The notes: generated by a model not told the origin, from the letters alone. A stretch of 64,000 bases of DNA from Mobula hypostoma (GCF_963921235.1 NC_086097.1:249366001-249430000), one strand, 5' to 3'. Positions 39,215 to 52,579 are shown, counted from the first letter of the stretch. A program made the numbers and translations.

Positions 39215-42200
39215 AAACATACAGAAACACAGAAACTCTACAGCACAATACAGGCCCTTAGGCCCACAATGCTGTGCCAAACATGTACTTACTTTAGAAA
39301 TTACCTAGGGTTACATGTAGTCCTCTATTCTTCTAAGCTCGATGTACCTGCCCAGGAGTCTCTCAAAAGACCCTATCGTATCCACCTCCACCACCGTCAC
39401 TGACAGCCCATTCCACGCACTCACCACTCCGCGTAAAAAACTTACCCGACATCTCCTCTGTATCTACTTTTAAGCACCTTAACACTATGCCCCCTCATGT
39501 GAGCCATTTCAGCCTTGGGAAAAAGCCTCTGACTATCCACACGATCAATGCCTCTTATCATCTTATACACCTCTGTCAGGTCACCTCTCATCCTCCGTCA
39601 CTCCAAGGTGAAAAGGTTGAGTTTACTCGACCTATTCTCATAAGGCATGCTCCCTAATCCAGGCAACATTCTTGTAAATCTCCTCTGCACCCTTTCTATA
39701 GTTTCCACATCCTTCTTGCAGCAAGGCAACCAGAACTGAGCACAGTACTCCAAATGGGGTCCGAACAGGAGCCTATATAGCTGAAACATTACCTCTCGGC
39801 TCTTAAACTCAAACCCATGGTTGATGAAGGCCAATGCGCCGTATGCCTTCTTAACCACAGAGTCAACCTGAGCAGCAGCTTTGTGTGTCCTATGGATTTG
39901 GACCCCAAGATCCCTCTGATCGACCACACTTACCATTAATATTATATTCTGCCATCATATTTGACCTACCAAAATGAACCACCTCACACTTATCTGGGTT
40001 GAACTCCATCTGCCACTTTCTCAGCCCAGTTTTGCATCCTATCAATGTCCTGCTGTAACCATTGAAAGCCCTCCACACTATCCACAACACCCCCAACCTT
40101 TGTGTCATCAGCAAATTTACTAACCCATCCCTCCATTTCATTATCCAGGTCATTTATAAAAATCACAAAGAGATGAGGTCCCAGAACAGATCCCTGAGGC
40201 ACACCACTTGTCACCGATCTCTATGCAGAATATGACCTGTCTACAACCACTCTTTGCCTTCTGCAGGCAAACCTATTCTGGATCCACAAAGCAATGTCCC
40301 CTTGGATCCCATGCCTCATTACTTTCTCAATAAGCCTTGCATGGGGTACCTTATCAAATGCCATACTGAAATCTACTGCTCTACTTTCATCAACGTGTTT
40401 AGGCACATCCTCAAAAAATTCAATCAGGCTCATAAGGCACGATCTGCCTTTGACAAAGCCATGCTGATTATTCCTAATCATATTATGCCTCTCCAAATGT
40501 TCATAAATCCTGCCTCTCGGGATCTTTTCCATCAACTTACAAACCACTGAAGTAAGACTCACTGGTCTATAATTTCCGGGGCTATACCTACTCCCTTTCT
40601 TAAATAAGGGAACAACATCTGCAACCCTCCAATCCTCTGGAACCTCTCCCGTCCCCATTGATGATGCAAAGATCATTGCCAGAGGCTCAGCAATCTCCTC
40701 CTTCGCCTCTCACAGTAGCCTGGGTTACATCACGTCCAGTCCCGGAGACTTATCCAACTTGATGCTTTCCAAAAGCTCCAACACATCCTCTTTCTTAATA
40801 TCTATATGCTCAAGCTTTTCAATCTGCTGTAAATCATCTCTACAATTGCCAAGGTCCTCTTCCGTATTGAATACTGAAGCAAAGTATTCATTAAGTACCT
40901 CTGCTATCTCCTCTGGCTCCATACACACTTTTCTACTGTCACATTTGATTGGTCCTGTTCTCTCACACCTTATCCTCTTGTTCTTCACATACTTGTAGAA
41001 TGGCTTGGGATTTTCTTTAATCCTGCTTGCCAAGGTCTTCTCATGGCCCCTTATGGCTCTCCTAATTTCATTCTTAAACTCCTTCCTGCTAGCCTTATAA
41101 TCTTCTAGATCTCTATCATCACCGTTTTTTGATCCTTTCGTAAGCTTTTCTTCTCTTCTGACTAGATTTTGTAAACCACAATTCCTGTACCCTACCATCC
41201 TTTCCCTGTTTCATTGGAACATACCTATGCAGAACACCAAGCAAATATCCCCTGAACATTTGCCACATTTCTTCCATACGTTTCCCTGAGAACATCTGTT
41301 TCCAATTTATGCTTCCAAGTTCCTGCCTGAGAACCTCATAGTTCCTTTACTCCAATTAAATGTTTTCCTAACTTGTCTGTTCCTATCCCTCTCCAACGCT
41401 ATTGTAAAGGAGATAGAATTGTGATCACTATCTGCAAAATGCTCTCCCACTGAGAGACCCGACACCTGACCAGGTTCATTTCCCAATTCCAGATCAAGTG
41501 CAGCCTTTCCTCTTGTAGGCTTATCCACATATTGTGTCTGGAAACCTTCCTGAACACACCTGACAAACTCCACCCCATCTAAACCCCTTGCTCTAGGGAG
41601 ATGCCAATCAATATTTGGGAAATTAAAACCTCCCATCACAACAATCCTGTTATTATTACAGCTTTCCAGAATCTGTCTCCCTATCTGCTCCTCGATGTCC
41701 CTGTTACTATTGGGTGGTCTATAAAAAACACCCAGTAGAGTTATTGACCCCTTCTTGTTCCTAACTTCCACCCACAGAGACTCAGTAGATAATCCCTCCA
41801 TGACTTCCTCCTTTTCTGCAGCCATGACACTATCTTCGATCACCCACCTCTTTTACATCTCTCCCTGTCCTTTCTGAAACATCTAAAGCCTGGCACTCTA
41901 AATAACCGCTAATTAAGAAGGGTGGGAGGCAGCAGAAAGGAAACTATAGACCTGTTAATCTGACATCAGTGGTTGGGAAGTTGTTGGAATTGATTGTTAG
42001 GGATGAGATTACAGACTACCTGGAGGCACATGACAAGATAGGCCAAAGCCAGCATGGTTTCCTGAAAGGAAGATCCTGCCTAACTAACCTACTAAATTTC
42101 TTTGAGGAAATTACAAGCAGGGTAGACAAAGGAGATGCAGTAGACGTGGTGTACTTGGATTTTCAGAAGGCCTTTGACAAGGTGCTGCACCATGAGGCTG

Positions 42201-44303
42201 CTTAGCAAGATGACAGCCCATGGAATTACAGGGAAGTTACTAGCATGGATGGGGCGTTGGCTGGTCGGCAGAAAACAGAGAGTGGGAATAAAGGGATCCT
42301 ATTCTGGCTGGCTGCCGGTTACCAGCGGAGTTCCACAGGGGTCCGTGTTGGGCCCACTGCTTTTTACGATGTATGTCATTGAACTGGACCATGGGATTAA
42401 TGGATTTGTAGCTAAATTTGCCAATGATACAAAGATAGGTGGAGGAGCAGGTAGTGTTGAGGAAACAGAGATCCTGCAGAAAGACATAGAAAGTTTAGGG
42501 GAATGGGCAAAGAAATGGCAAATGAAATACAATGTTAGAAATTGTATAGAAACATTCTCAATGTTATAAGGAAGGCCTGAACAGATTAGATTTGGCAAAG
42601 TTATTCCCATGGTAGGGGATTCTTGGACAAGAGGGCATGACTTCAGGATTAAAGGACATCCTTTTAGAACTGAGATGTGGAGAAATTACTTTAGTCAGAG
42701 GGTGGTAAATCTGTGGAATTTGTTGCCACGAGCGGATGTGGAAGCGAAGTCATTGCGCGTATTTAAGGCAGAGATTCATAGGTTCTTGATTAGCCAGGGC
42801 ATCAAAGGGTATGGGGTGAAAGCAGGTGAATGGGGATGACTGGAAGAATTGGATCAGCCCACGATCGAATGGCAGAGCAGACTCGACGGGCCGAACAGCC
42901 TACTTCTGCTCCAATATCTTATGGTCTTAACCATCCTGCCCCTGAGCCATCCAAGTCTCTGTAATGGCCACAACATCATAGTTCCAAGTACTGATCAATG
43001 CTCTAAGCTCATCTGCTTTGTTCATGATGCTTCTTGCGTTAAAACAGACACATCTCAAACCATTGGTCTGAGTGTATCCCTTCTCTATCACCTGCCTATC
43101 TTTCCTCTTGCATTGTCTCCAAGCTTTCTCTATTTGTGAGCCAACCGCCTCTTCCTCTGTCTCTTCAGTTCAATTCCCACCCCCCAGTGATTCTAGTTTA
43201 AACTCTCCATAATAGCTTTAGCAAACCTCCCTGCCAGGGTTTTGGTCCCCCTCGGATTCAAGTGCAACCCGTCCTTTTTGTACAGGTCCCACCTGTCCCA
43301 AAAGAGGTCCCAATGATCCAGAAATCTGAATCCCTGCTCCTTGCTCCAATCCTTCAGCCACACGTTTATACTCCATCTCACTCTATTCCTATACTCACTG
43401 TTGCGTGGCACAGGCTGTAATCCCGAGATTACTATCTTTGAGGTCCTGCTTCTCAACTTCCTTCCTTACTCCCTGTAGTCTGTTTTCAGAACTTCCTCCT
43501 TTTTCCTACCTATGTCATTGGTACCAATATGTACCACAACCTCTAGCTGTTCACCTTCCCACGTCAGGGTACCGTGGATGCGATCAGAAACATCCCAGAC
43601 CCTGGCACCTGGGAGGCAAACTACCATCCATGTTTCTTTCCTGCGTCCACAGAATCACCTGTCTGACCCCCTAACTATAGAGTCCCCTTTACTGCTGCCT
43701 TCTTCCTTTCCCTACCCTTCTGAGCCACAGGGGTAATCTATAGTCTCTGACTCCTGCCCTTCCCTCTCCTGTTACCCATTTATCTGCTTCCCCAGGCCCC
43801 GGTGTGACTACTTGCCTATAGCTCCTCTCTATCACCTCCTCACTTTCCCTGACCAGACAAAGGTCATCGAGCTGCATCTCCAGTTCCCTAATGCGGTCCC
43901 TTAGGAGCTGCAGCTCGACATACCTGGCACAGATGTGGCCGTCAGGGAGGCTGGGAGTCTCCCGAACATATCACATCTGACAGCCAGTACAGAACACCGG
44001 CCTCACAGACATACTTCCTGTTTCTATTCCTCACAGGTAACTTACCTCGCCTTGACCCGTTATTGCCGAAGCCCGAATGAGCCAAAGTCCCACCACCCTG
44101 CCTCAGATCACTCCATTGATGACCGCTCCGCTAGGCAGTGTCTCCCTTTCATGCCTGAACCTTCCTTACTATCCAACTCATGATTGGTGCTCTGGTTATA
44201 GCCGCTGATAGGTCACGTACAACGGACAAACGCTCTCGAAGCTCCCTTTTTAAATAACCGCCGCCGACCTGCAGAAAATCCCTCTTGGTAAAGCACTGCT
44301 GAC
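39215..44303 (-). mobile_element. Near full-length CR1 LINE, same family as 11250-15420, inserted in a small Tc1-type MITE
   Basis: ORF1 and ORF2 peptides closely similar to the 11-15 kb copy. Flanked by MITE halves cagcactgtgcaaaagac (39193) and gtgcctaacacttttgcataataccg (44308). Confidence 0.92.
41908..42927 (+). mobile_element. 5'-truncated CR1 nested in the opposite-strand CR1
   Basis: RT peptides QHGFLKGRSCLTNL and GVPQGSVLGP; TAACC duplicated at both junctions. Confidence 0.85.
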
Positions 44304-45888
44304 CAGGGTGCCTAACACTTTTGCATAATACCGTATTTGTTCATGTAGAGCAGAGAGCAGGTTTGTAAACCTGGCAGGAGCAAAGTGAGTTGGGGCAGGC
44401 AAGAGTCGAGTGCCACGGGAGCACTGTGGGACAGGTGGCAGAGAAGGAGTGCAGGGGGCAGACATATTCAGCCCTGAAAACACCAGGCAAGGACATTTGA
44501 TTCCAAACAATTGTTTTTTTTGATCATTACAGAGTCTCTTTGGTGCTTCCTGCTCCCTTCCCCCCCTTCCCATTTTCTCAACCATGATTCCCCTTCTCCC
44601 TGTCCCCTTCCTACTCTCAGTCCATAATACAGATCTCTATCAGAATTAGATTTATCACTCACATATGTCATGAATTTTTTTTGCAGCAGTACAATGCAAT
44701 ACATAAAATTACTACAGTACTGTACAAAAGTCTTTGGTACCCTAGCTATACATACCACAAACTTATAATGTTTCATAAATATTAAATAAATGACTGCTGG
44801 AACTCACATTTACATTGAAATAACTCAACAATATTTTACTCAGTGGGTGATTTTTTTTTTGTCTAAATCACTTTCAAGCAAAGGTATATACAGCCTGTAG
44901 TCGGTCTACATGACCAGACGGTTGGCCATCTGAGTGGTATGTTATATTGGCTTCAAGGCTGGGCCAAGGGAGACCCTGCAAAATAAACTGTTCTAGGAAA
45001 CCAACGTAATTCTCTGCCTGCTCAGACCATTTACCTGATGAAAGATATCCTCATTTTAAGACAGGTCTGATGGCTCCTCTGTCTTTGATCGCCAACTGCT
45101 GCACTTTTTGCCAGATCTCAAGTATTTCAAAACTTAGTGTAAAATACTTGCAAGTGATTTAACGCTTGCAAAGTGATTCAGTAAAATAAGAAATTTTTAA
45201 GTTTAAGTAAAAACTTCAAATGAGACCCTTAACACAAGAGATTCTGCAGATGCTGAAAACCCAGACAGGACTGAAACGTCAAATCTTTATTCCTTTCCAT
45301 GGATGCTGCCTGACCTGCTGAGTTACTGCAGCATTTCTTTTAATTCAAATGTGACCTATATTTTGCTTCCAAAATATAGATTATTTCAATGATAGGACCT
45401 ATTTCTTTTTGGTAATAGTTCAGGGAACTTTGAACAGCTACAGTTCCCAACATGCATAAATGGATCAGATACAGAGCAAGAACGGGAAACATGGGAAGGC
45501 AACACAGAAAAATTATTACAACAACAACAAAAAAGCTTTTCTTCACACAGGTCTGTTACAAATCACAAAGGAGTTTCATATATCAATACTATTTATTTTG
45601 GTTGGCACAAACAAGTTGGGCTGAAGGGCTTATTTACTCACTGTACGACGATGACTCCATATCACCAACCAACATTATTGCCAAAGTAAAAATGAAAGTA
45701 TTATATATAGATTGAAGTTAAGTTTTACTACAAAGGATTCAAAATATGTGGCACAAGATTACTGACAAGACAAAGAATGCTCAAGACCTTTGAAAGTTGT
45801 CAACTAGATTTTTTTTGGGAACAAGGCCATTCAGGGAAGTGGCAATATTCAGCCTACTAGTAAAGGAACAAAAAATCCAAGCTCTTAC

Positions 45889-46140
45889 CTTGAGAAAGAA
45901 GTGGCATTGCCGTAATATTCCTATTGCACAGGTTTCCATTGCAACACTGCACTACTTGGGTTTCAGAGGGGAGGGTCTTGCACATAAGTCCACTTTGATC
46001 GTCGTTGAAGCAACCTTTCCTGTACACAGGAACTTCTCCGTTTTGTGTAACTGAAGCAAAACATGACTGGCCGTAGCATACTGGCCTCCCACATGAATTG
46101 TCCTCACAGACACACTGAAACTGGCCTGGATTGTCTTTAT
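45889..46140 (-). CDS. acvr1l: Activin receptor type-1(-like), coding exon 2 (Cys-rich ligand-binding ectodomain)
   Basis: KDNPGQFQCVCEDNSCGRPVCYGQSCFAS...KGCF...CCNGNLCN with the CCx4CN cysteine box. Splice sites aacag| and |gtaag; 252 nt, phase 1-1. Confidence 0.93.
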
Positions 46141-46429
46141 CTGTTAACATACAAAAAAAGTTGAAATTCATACAACATCTAGATCACAGACAATTTTCAA
46201 ACAATATTAAAATTTAAACAAAAGCATTGTCATTTGTACCAATTGTAAATGGCATTCTTTTCAACCACAGAAGGGAATATAGCAATGAATACATCTCCCT
46301 GCCAACGTAGCCTAGATAAATCATACTATTCCAACAGAAGAACAATATATCAGTTCCAAATGTGAGATAAACCAACAATCCCCCACCAAAAGGCCAGTCC
46401 TAGACCAGCTTCAAATTATCCTCATTTCT

Positions 46430-46955
46430 GTTCCGACATGTCAGTCCATGACATCCTCTTCTGCCACGATGAGCCTACTATCAGTGTGGAGCTGTAACAC
46501 CTCATATTCCATCTAGGTAGCCTCCAGCCTAATGGCATGGACCTCGATTTCTCCTTCTGGTAATTTTCTCTTCATTCTTCCCTCCCCAGATCCTCTTCTT
46601 CTATTCCCTACTCTGGTCTCTTGTCTCCTCCTCTCACCTGTTCATCACCTCCAGATGGTGTCCCTCCTTCTTCCCTTTCTCCCATGGTCCACTCTCCTCT
46701 CTTATCAGACTCCTCTTTCTGCAGCCCTTTACCTTTCCCACTCACCTTCACCTATTGCCTTCTAGTTCATCCTCCTTCTCCTCCCCTCACTTTTTTAATT
46801 CTACATCTTCCCCCTTCCTTTCCAGTTCTGATGAAGGGCCTCAGCCCAAAATGTCAAATGTTTATTCCTCTCTATAGATGCTACCTGACCTACTGAGTTT
46901 CTTCAGCATTTTGTGTGTATTGCTCTGGATTTCCAGCACATGCAGAATCTCGTGT
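46430..46955 (+). mobile_element. Penelope-like 3' remnant with a decayed hammerhead
   Basis: Colinear with 555-1095; CTGATGAagggcctcagcccAAAAtgtc at 46828-46855. Confidence 0.8.
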
Positions 46956-47429
46956 TCGAATTATTCTGGAAAAATACCTCCCCTTTTTAATTTAGTTAAA
47001 AAAATCTGTTCTTTCGCCAACCTATGTTAAAACACTTTAATTATAACACTTTGTTAACACCATCAGGTACCTAGTTCAAAGCACAAGTACCACTGAGATC
47101 CATAGTCAAATTTTATGAATGAGAAATTGGGTCTAGGACCAGAGGACACAGCCTCAGAAAACAAAAACATCCCTTTAGAACAAAGATGAGGAGGAATTCT
47201 TTAGCCAGAGGGTGGAGAATACCATGGTTCCAGTTTCTTACCATTGTTAACTCTGTACCCTTAAGGTAGACAAGGATGGAGAACGCTAATATTTCCTTCC
47301 TTCAGTTATGAAGAAAGTGAACCCCATCTAAGAAGAGCAAACTGATTTACTCAACCCCCCCCACCCCCAATCATTTCCTGGCCCACCATGCCCCTGCCAA
47401 TCATCACTTAGCAATTTATACCAATATTA

Positions 47430-47803
47430 GGGCACTGTGGGGTGGAGATACTGCAAGGTGCAAGACGCTCCTTCCCTCCGCTAGCCTGCAGGTCACCCTT
47501 GGACAAAATGTAGTACCTGCTTAGTAACCCTCCCCCACCCCCAATGAGGGTCACGTGAAGCCATGGGAGCAGCTGGTGGATGATCATATGAGCAGCTGGT
47601 GAATATCACAAGTCCTAGTTACGTGACCACTGACACCAGGCAGACAACCTCTGAAGAGTACTGATAATGGCTAAGGTCACTAGTCTTGTAAAGACACTGT
47701 CCAGAAGAAGGCAATGGCAAACCACTTCTGTAAGAAAATTTGCCAAGAACAATCACGGTCATGGAAGGAGCATGATCACCCACGTCATACAACACTGCAC
47801 ATA
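47430..47803 (+). mobile_element. RTE-related short non-autonomous element
   Basis: GAAGAAGGCAATGGCAAACCACTTCTG resembles the BovB/Bov-A RTE 5'UTR motif; structured 5' part. Confidence 0.6.
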
Positions 47804-47935
47804 CCTGCAGTGAAATTTTATCTGGTTTAAATAGCAAAAATAATTAACAATTAATATGCAGTGGACAAATCCATAATTAAAAATAAACAAAACAGGAAGC
47901 AAAGATTTAATTTTTTTCCCAGGTATTCAACTTGC

Positions 47936-48002
47936 CTTCAGCTCCACATCGAAAGACCTTTGGAGTCAGAAGTAGAAGAACGAGGACACTGCATTGGGCC
48001 AT
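47936..48002 (-). CDS. acvr1l: Activin receptor type-1(-like), coding exon 1 (signal peptide MAQCSVLVLLLLTPKVFRCGAE)
   Basis: ATG at 48002 in context cccgATGG. Polypyrimidine acceptor ttgttttccag, so the exon starts at 48015. 67 coding nt, the size I recall for human ACVR1. Hydrophobic leader. Ends AAG|gcaagt in phase 1, which joins the next exon in frame. Not in the ORF track. Confidence 0.85.
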
Positions 48003-49289
48003 CGGGAAAAGGTTACTGGAAAACAAGAGCAGTTGCTAGTTCACATTCATCTCATGCCTTCATCTATTTAAAACATTTTCTTTAGACTCCCTTACACCAT
48101 AACCTATTTGTCATTCACTGTGCAAAAAATCCATACCTTCACTACAGGCACACAGAAATCCCATGGTTTTCTGTCTAGTTCACCCAAATTTAAATACATA
48201 CAGTGTTTCCCTCCCATCTGTCCAAACATTTCATGGCTCAAGTTGATGTTCTAACACAATTACGTGTGAACAAATCAGCTACACAGAAATTGGATCAATT
48301 AGCACATACTTAACTGCACATAAAAATGAGTTAACCTGTGTTAGATCATGCTGGTAATTATTTCTGAGATAGAGTGGTAAACTGTAGCAGAGACTTCTGT
48401 GCACAATTCAAGAGAATCTGACAGAAGTTAGTGGATTCAGCCCAGTACATCACAGGTAAAGCCCTCACAACCAATGAGCACATCTACATGAAATGCAGGC
48501 ATAGGAAAGCAGCATTATCAGAGATCCCCACCACCCAAATAATACTATCTACTTGCTGTTGCTATCAGGTAGAAGGTACAGAAGCCTCAGGACATGCACC
48601 ACCAGATTCAAGAACAGTTACTACCCCTCAACCATCAGGCTCTTCAACAAAAGGGGCTAACTACACTCACTTTCCGCATCACTGAAATGTTCCTACACAA
48701 CCAATGGTTTCAGTTGAAGGATTTGTTATCTAATGTTCTCGGTATTTATTGCCATTTATTTATATTTGCATTTGCACAGCTTGGTGTCTTCTGCACTCTG
48801 GTTCACTTTTCATTGATCCTGTTATAGTTACTACTCTATAGATTTGCTGAGTATGCCCGCAGGAAAATTAAAACTCAGGGTTGCTCAAGATTTCTGTAGA
48901 ATCTCTTTTGTTTCTACGGCTGACAACTTTCCATTATTCTTAGAACTGGTGCAGCAATAATTAGATGCACAGAACAAGGTGAGAGCTTTGGAGCAGGCCA
49001 CGGCCATTCACTTTCAAGGACACCACAACTTATCCTGGATCCAGTTCCAAGTGATCTTTTCCAGGGTTATCACAGAAACATCCGATGTTTTTTGGAAATC
49101 TCATAATCACAGAACACATGGTCCAGAAAACAGACTCTACTCTGAAGAAAGCTGAAGTTGAAGAAGCCTTGACTATGCACATCTATACTCACATCATTCT
49201 ACAGAAGCAGAGTAGAGAACATCCTAACAAGCTGCATCACTGCGCGGTACGGAAATTGCACTGCGGTGCACAGGAAGGCTCTAGAACAA

Positions 49290-50225
49290 GTAGATAGAAA
49301 CACAGAAAACCTACAGCGCAATACAGGCCCTTCGGCCCTCATTGTTGTGCTGAACATGTCCTTACCTTAGAAATTACCTAAGGTTACCCACGGCCTTCTA
49401 TTTTTCCAAGCTCCATGTACCTATCCAAGACCCTATCATATCTGCCTCCACCACCGTCACCGGTAGCCTATTCCACGCCCTCACCACTCTGCATAAAAAA
49501 TTTATCCCTGATATCTCCTCTGTACCTACTTCCAAGCACCTTAAAACTGTGTCCTCTCGTGCTAGCCATTGCAGCCCTGGGAAAAAGCCTCTGACTATCC
49601 ACACAATCAATGCCTCTCATCATCTTATACACTTCTATCAGGTCACCTCTCATCCTTCATAGCTTCAGGGAGAAAATGCCGAGTTCACTCAACCTATTCT
49701 CATAAGGCATGCTCCTCAATCCAGGCAACATCCTTCTAGATCTCCTCTGCACCCTTTCGAAAGTTTCCACATCCTTCCTCTAGTGAGGTGACCAGAACTG
49801 AGCACAGTATTCCAAGTGGGGCCTGACCAGGGTTCTACATAGCTGTAACATTACCTCTCGTCTCTTAACCTCAATCCCACGGTTGAAGGTCAATGCACCA
49901 TATGCCTTCGTAATCACAGAGTCAACCTGCGCAGCAGCTTTGAGTGTTCTATGGACTCGGATCCCAAGATCCCTCTGATCCTCCACACTGGGAGTCTTAC
50001 CATTAATACTATATTCTGCCTTTATATTTGACCTACCAAAATGAACCACCTCACACTTATCTGGGTTGAACTCCATCTGCCACTTCTCAGCCTAGTTTTG
50101 CATCCTATCGATGTCCCGCTGTAACCTCTGACAGCCCTCCACACTATCCACAACACCCCCAACCTTTGTGTCATCAGCAAATTTACTAACCCATACCTCC
50201 ACTTCCTCATCCAGATCATTTATAA
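49290..50225 (-). mobile_element. 5'-truncated CR1 (family of 11250-15420)
   Basis: MEFNPDKCEVVHFG, RPHLEYCAQFWSP; the same 3'UTR as the 11-15 kb copy. Confidence 0.9.
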
Positions 50226-50560
50226 CATGCCATCTATAACTTTGCTAATGACACAAATATTGTTGGCAGTATTTCAGATGGTGACAAGAGGGCATGCAGG
50301 ACCAAGATATATCAGTTAGTTGAGTGGTGTCACAGCAACAACCTTGCACACAACGTTAGTAAGATCAAAGAACTGGTTGTGGATTTCAGAAAGTATAAGA
50401 CGAGGGAACACACACCAGTCCTCAGAGGGATCAGAAGTGGAAACAGTGAGCAATTTCAAGTTCAAACAACAGGAATTCTGCAGATGCTGGAAATTCAAGC
50501 AACACACATCAAAGTTGCTGGTGAACGCAGCAGGCCAGGCAGCATCTATAGGAAGAGGCG

Positions 50561-50598
50561 CAGTCGACGTTTCAGGCCGAGACCCTTCGTCAGGACTA
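50561..50598 (-). ncRNA. Minimal type I hammerhead ribozyme motif
   Basis: UAGUC-CUGACGA-AGG(GUCUCGG)CCU-GAAA-CG-UC^GACUG: stem I AGUC/GACU, intact core, palindromic ACGU as a minimal stem III. Confidence 0.8.
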
Positions 50599-50662
50599 AC
50601 TGAAGGAAGAGTGAGTAAGGGATTTGAAAGCTTTCAAATCCCTTACTCACTCTTCCTTCAGT

Positions 50663-50700
50663 TAGTCCTGACGAAGGGTCTCGGCCTGAAACGTCTACTG
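50663..50700 (+). ncRNA. Minimal type I hammerhead ribozyme motif (stem I mismatch)
   Basis: TAGTC CTGACGA AGG GTCTCGG CCT GAAA CG TC tACTG; a G>T change at 50696 disrupts the first stem I pair. Confidence 0.7.
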
Positions 50701-52579
50701 CGCCTCTTCCTATAAATGCTGCCTGGCCTGCTGCGTTCACCAGCAACTTTGATGTGTGTTGCAGCAATTTCAAGTTCCTGGGTATCAATATCTCTGTGGA
50801 TCTGTCCTAGACCCAACATACCAAAGGCAGCAAGGCAGTGCCTATATTTCATGAGGAATTTGAGGAGGTTTGGTGTTTCACCAAAGACACTCTCAAATTT
50901 CCGCAGACATACTGTGGAGAGCATTCTAACTGGCTGTATTACCATTTGGTTTGTGGGGGTGGGGGGTGGCTACTACACAGGATCAAAATAAGCTCCAGAA
51001 AGCTGTAAACTTAGCCACCTCCATCATGGTCACCAGCCTCCAGAGTATCCAGGTCATCTTCAAGAAGCGATGCCTCAAAATGGCAGCATCCATCATTGAG
51101 GACCCCCATGACCCAGGACTTGTCCCCTTCTTGTCACTACCATCAAGAAAGAGGTACAGGAGTCTGAAAACACACACTCAACGATTCAGCACAGCTCCTT
51201 CCCCTCTGCCATCTGATTTCTGAATGGACACTGAACCCATGAACACTACCTCACTACTTTCTTTTAAAATGTTATATTGTAATTCAGTCCCTGCCCCCCC
51301 CCCGCCATTATGTATTGCATTGTTCTGGTGCCACAAAGGACAACAATTTTAACAGTCTATTAAACCTGATTCTAATTCACATCACTGGCCTACCAACCTA
51401 GCCGCCATCAAGAACACGTATACAGAAAGGTGCCAGAAAATGGCCAGTAACATGATGAAGGATCCCACCCTGTTCATGGACTGTTTGTCGTAGTCCCAGC
51501 CGGGAGAAGGCTATGTAGCATCCACTTAAGACCACTAGACTTAAAAGCAATTACTTTCCCCAAGCAGAAAAGGTGATCAGCATTTCCTCCCACTAACCCA
51601 CCCCTCCACATCCCTTACCACCACTACTTTATCATTTCCTGTCAAGAGTCACCTTACGTGCAGACACTCCTGCACCTAGTGACACTTTATGGGCATACAA
51701 TCTATTTATATAAGCTATCTTATGTATTTATATTTGTGTTTTTAAAATTATTTAAATAATAATTTAAAAACCCATTAAATATATGATAGCTTACATAGAT
51801 TGTATATCCATAAAATACATAGCTCAGAGGAGGTTCACAAGGATGATTCCAGGAACGAAATGGTTATCATACGAGGAATGTTTAATGGCTCTGGACCTCT
51901 ACTCGTTGGAATTTAGAAAGATGGGGTGGGGGGGGGAAGCTCATTGAAACCTTTTGAATATTGGAAGGCCTAGACAAAGCAGATGTGGAAAAGACGTTTC
52001 CCATGGTGGGGGAGTCTAGGACAAGAGGACACAGCCTCAAGGTAGAGGGGCGTCGACTTAAAACAGGTGCAGAGAAATTTCTTTAGCCAGAGGGTGGTGA
52101 ATTTGTAGAATTCGTTACCACGGGCAGCTGTGGAGGCCATGTGGTTGAGTATATTTAAGGCAGAGCTTGACAGGTTCTTGATAGGACCCAGCATTAATGG
52201 TTACAGGGAGGCCAGGAAATGGGGTTGGTGAGGTGGGGTAAGAAAAAGGATCAGCCATGATTGAATGATAGATCAGACTCGATGGGCCAAATGGCCTAAT
52301 TCTGTATGTGTGTGTGTGTGTGTGTGTGTATGTAGGAAATGACATTAAACAATAGAGTCTGGAACAATCTTGAACACCTCCAGTCTGTTTTCTCTACGGG
52401 ATCAAAGTCACACTGACTCATCTTCCTTGCTACAGGATGGTTGCAAGCAGCCATAGCAGCTCTGTCTCATAAGGTAGCACAGTTGTTAGCGCGACACTAC
52501 TACAGCTTGGGTTGTCAGAGTTCAGCATTCAATTCTAGCACTATTTGTAAGGAGTTTTAATATTCTCACCGTGGCCCAC

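Larger units (their letters stand above)
50464..50762. mobile_element. Penelope-derived fold-back insertion, 264-bp palindrome
   Basis: Arms 50499-50630 and 50631-50762 are reverse complements with 2 mismatches and no spacer; 15-bp TSD AGCAATTTCAAGTTC. Confidence 0.92.
50226..51365 (+). mobile_element. Rex1/Babar LINE fragment hosting the palindrome
   Basis: KARQCLYF-like..ESILTGCITIW..LPSRKRYRSLK. Confidence 0.8.

Noticed and set aside
50320..50945. Mirror-image ORFs with near-identical peptides on both strands
   Set aside because: A by-product of the DNA palindrome, not genes.
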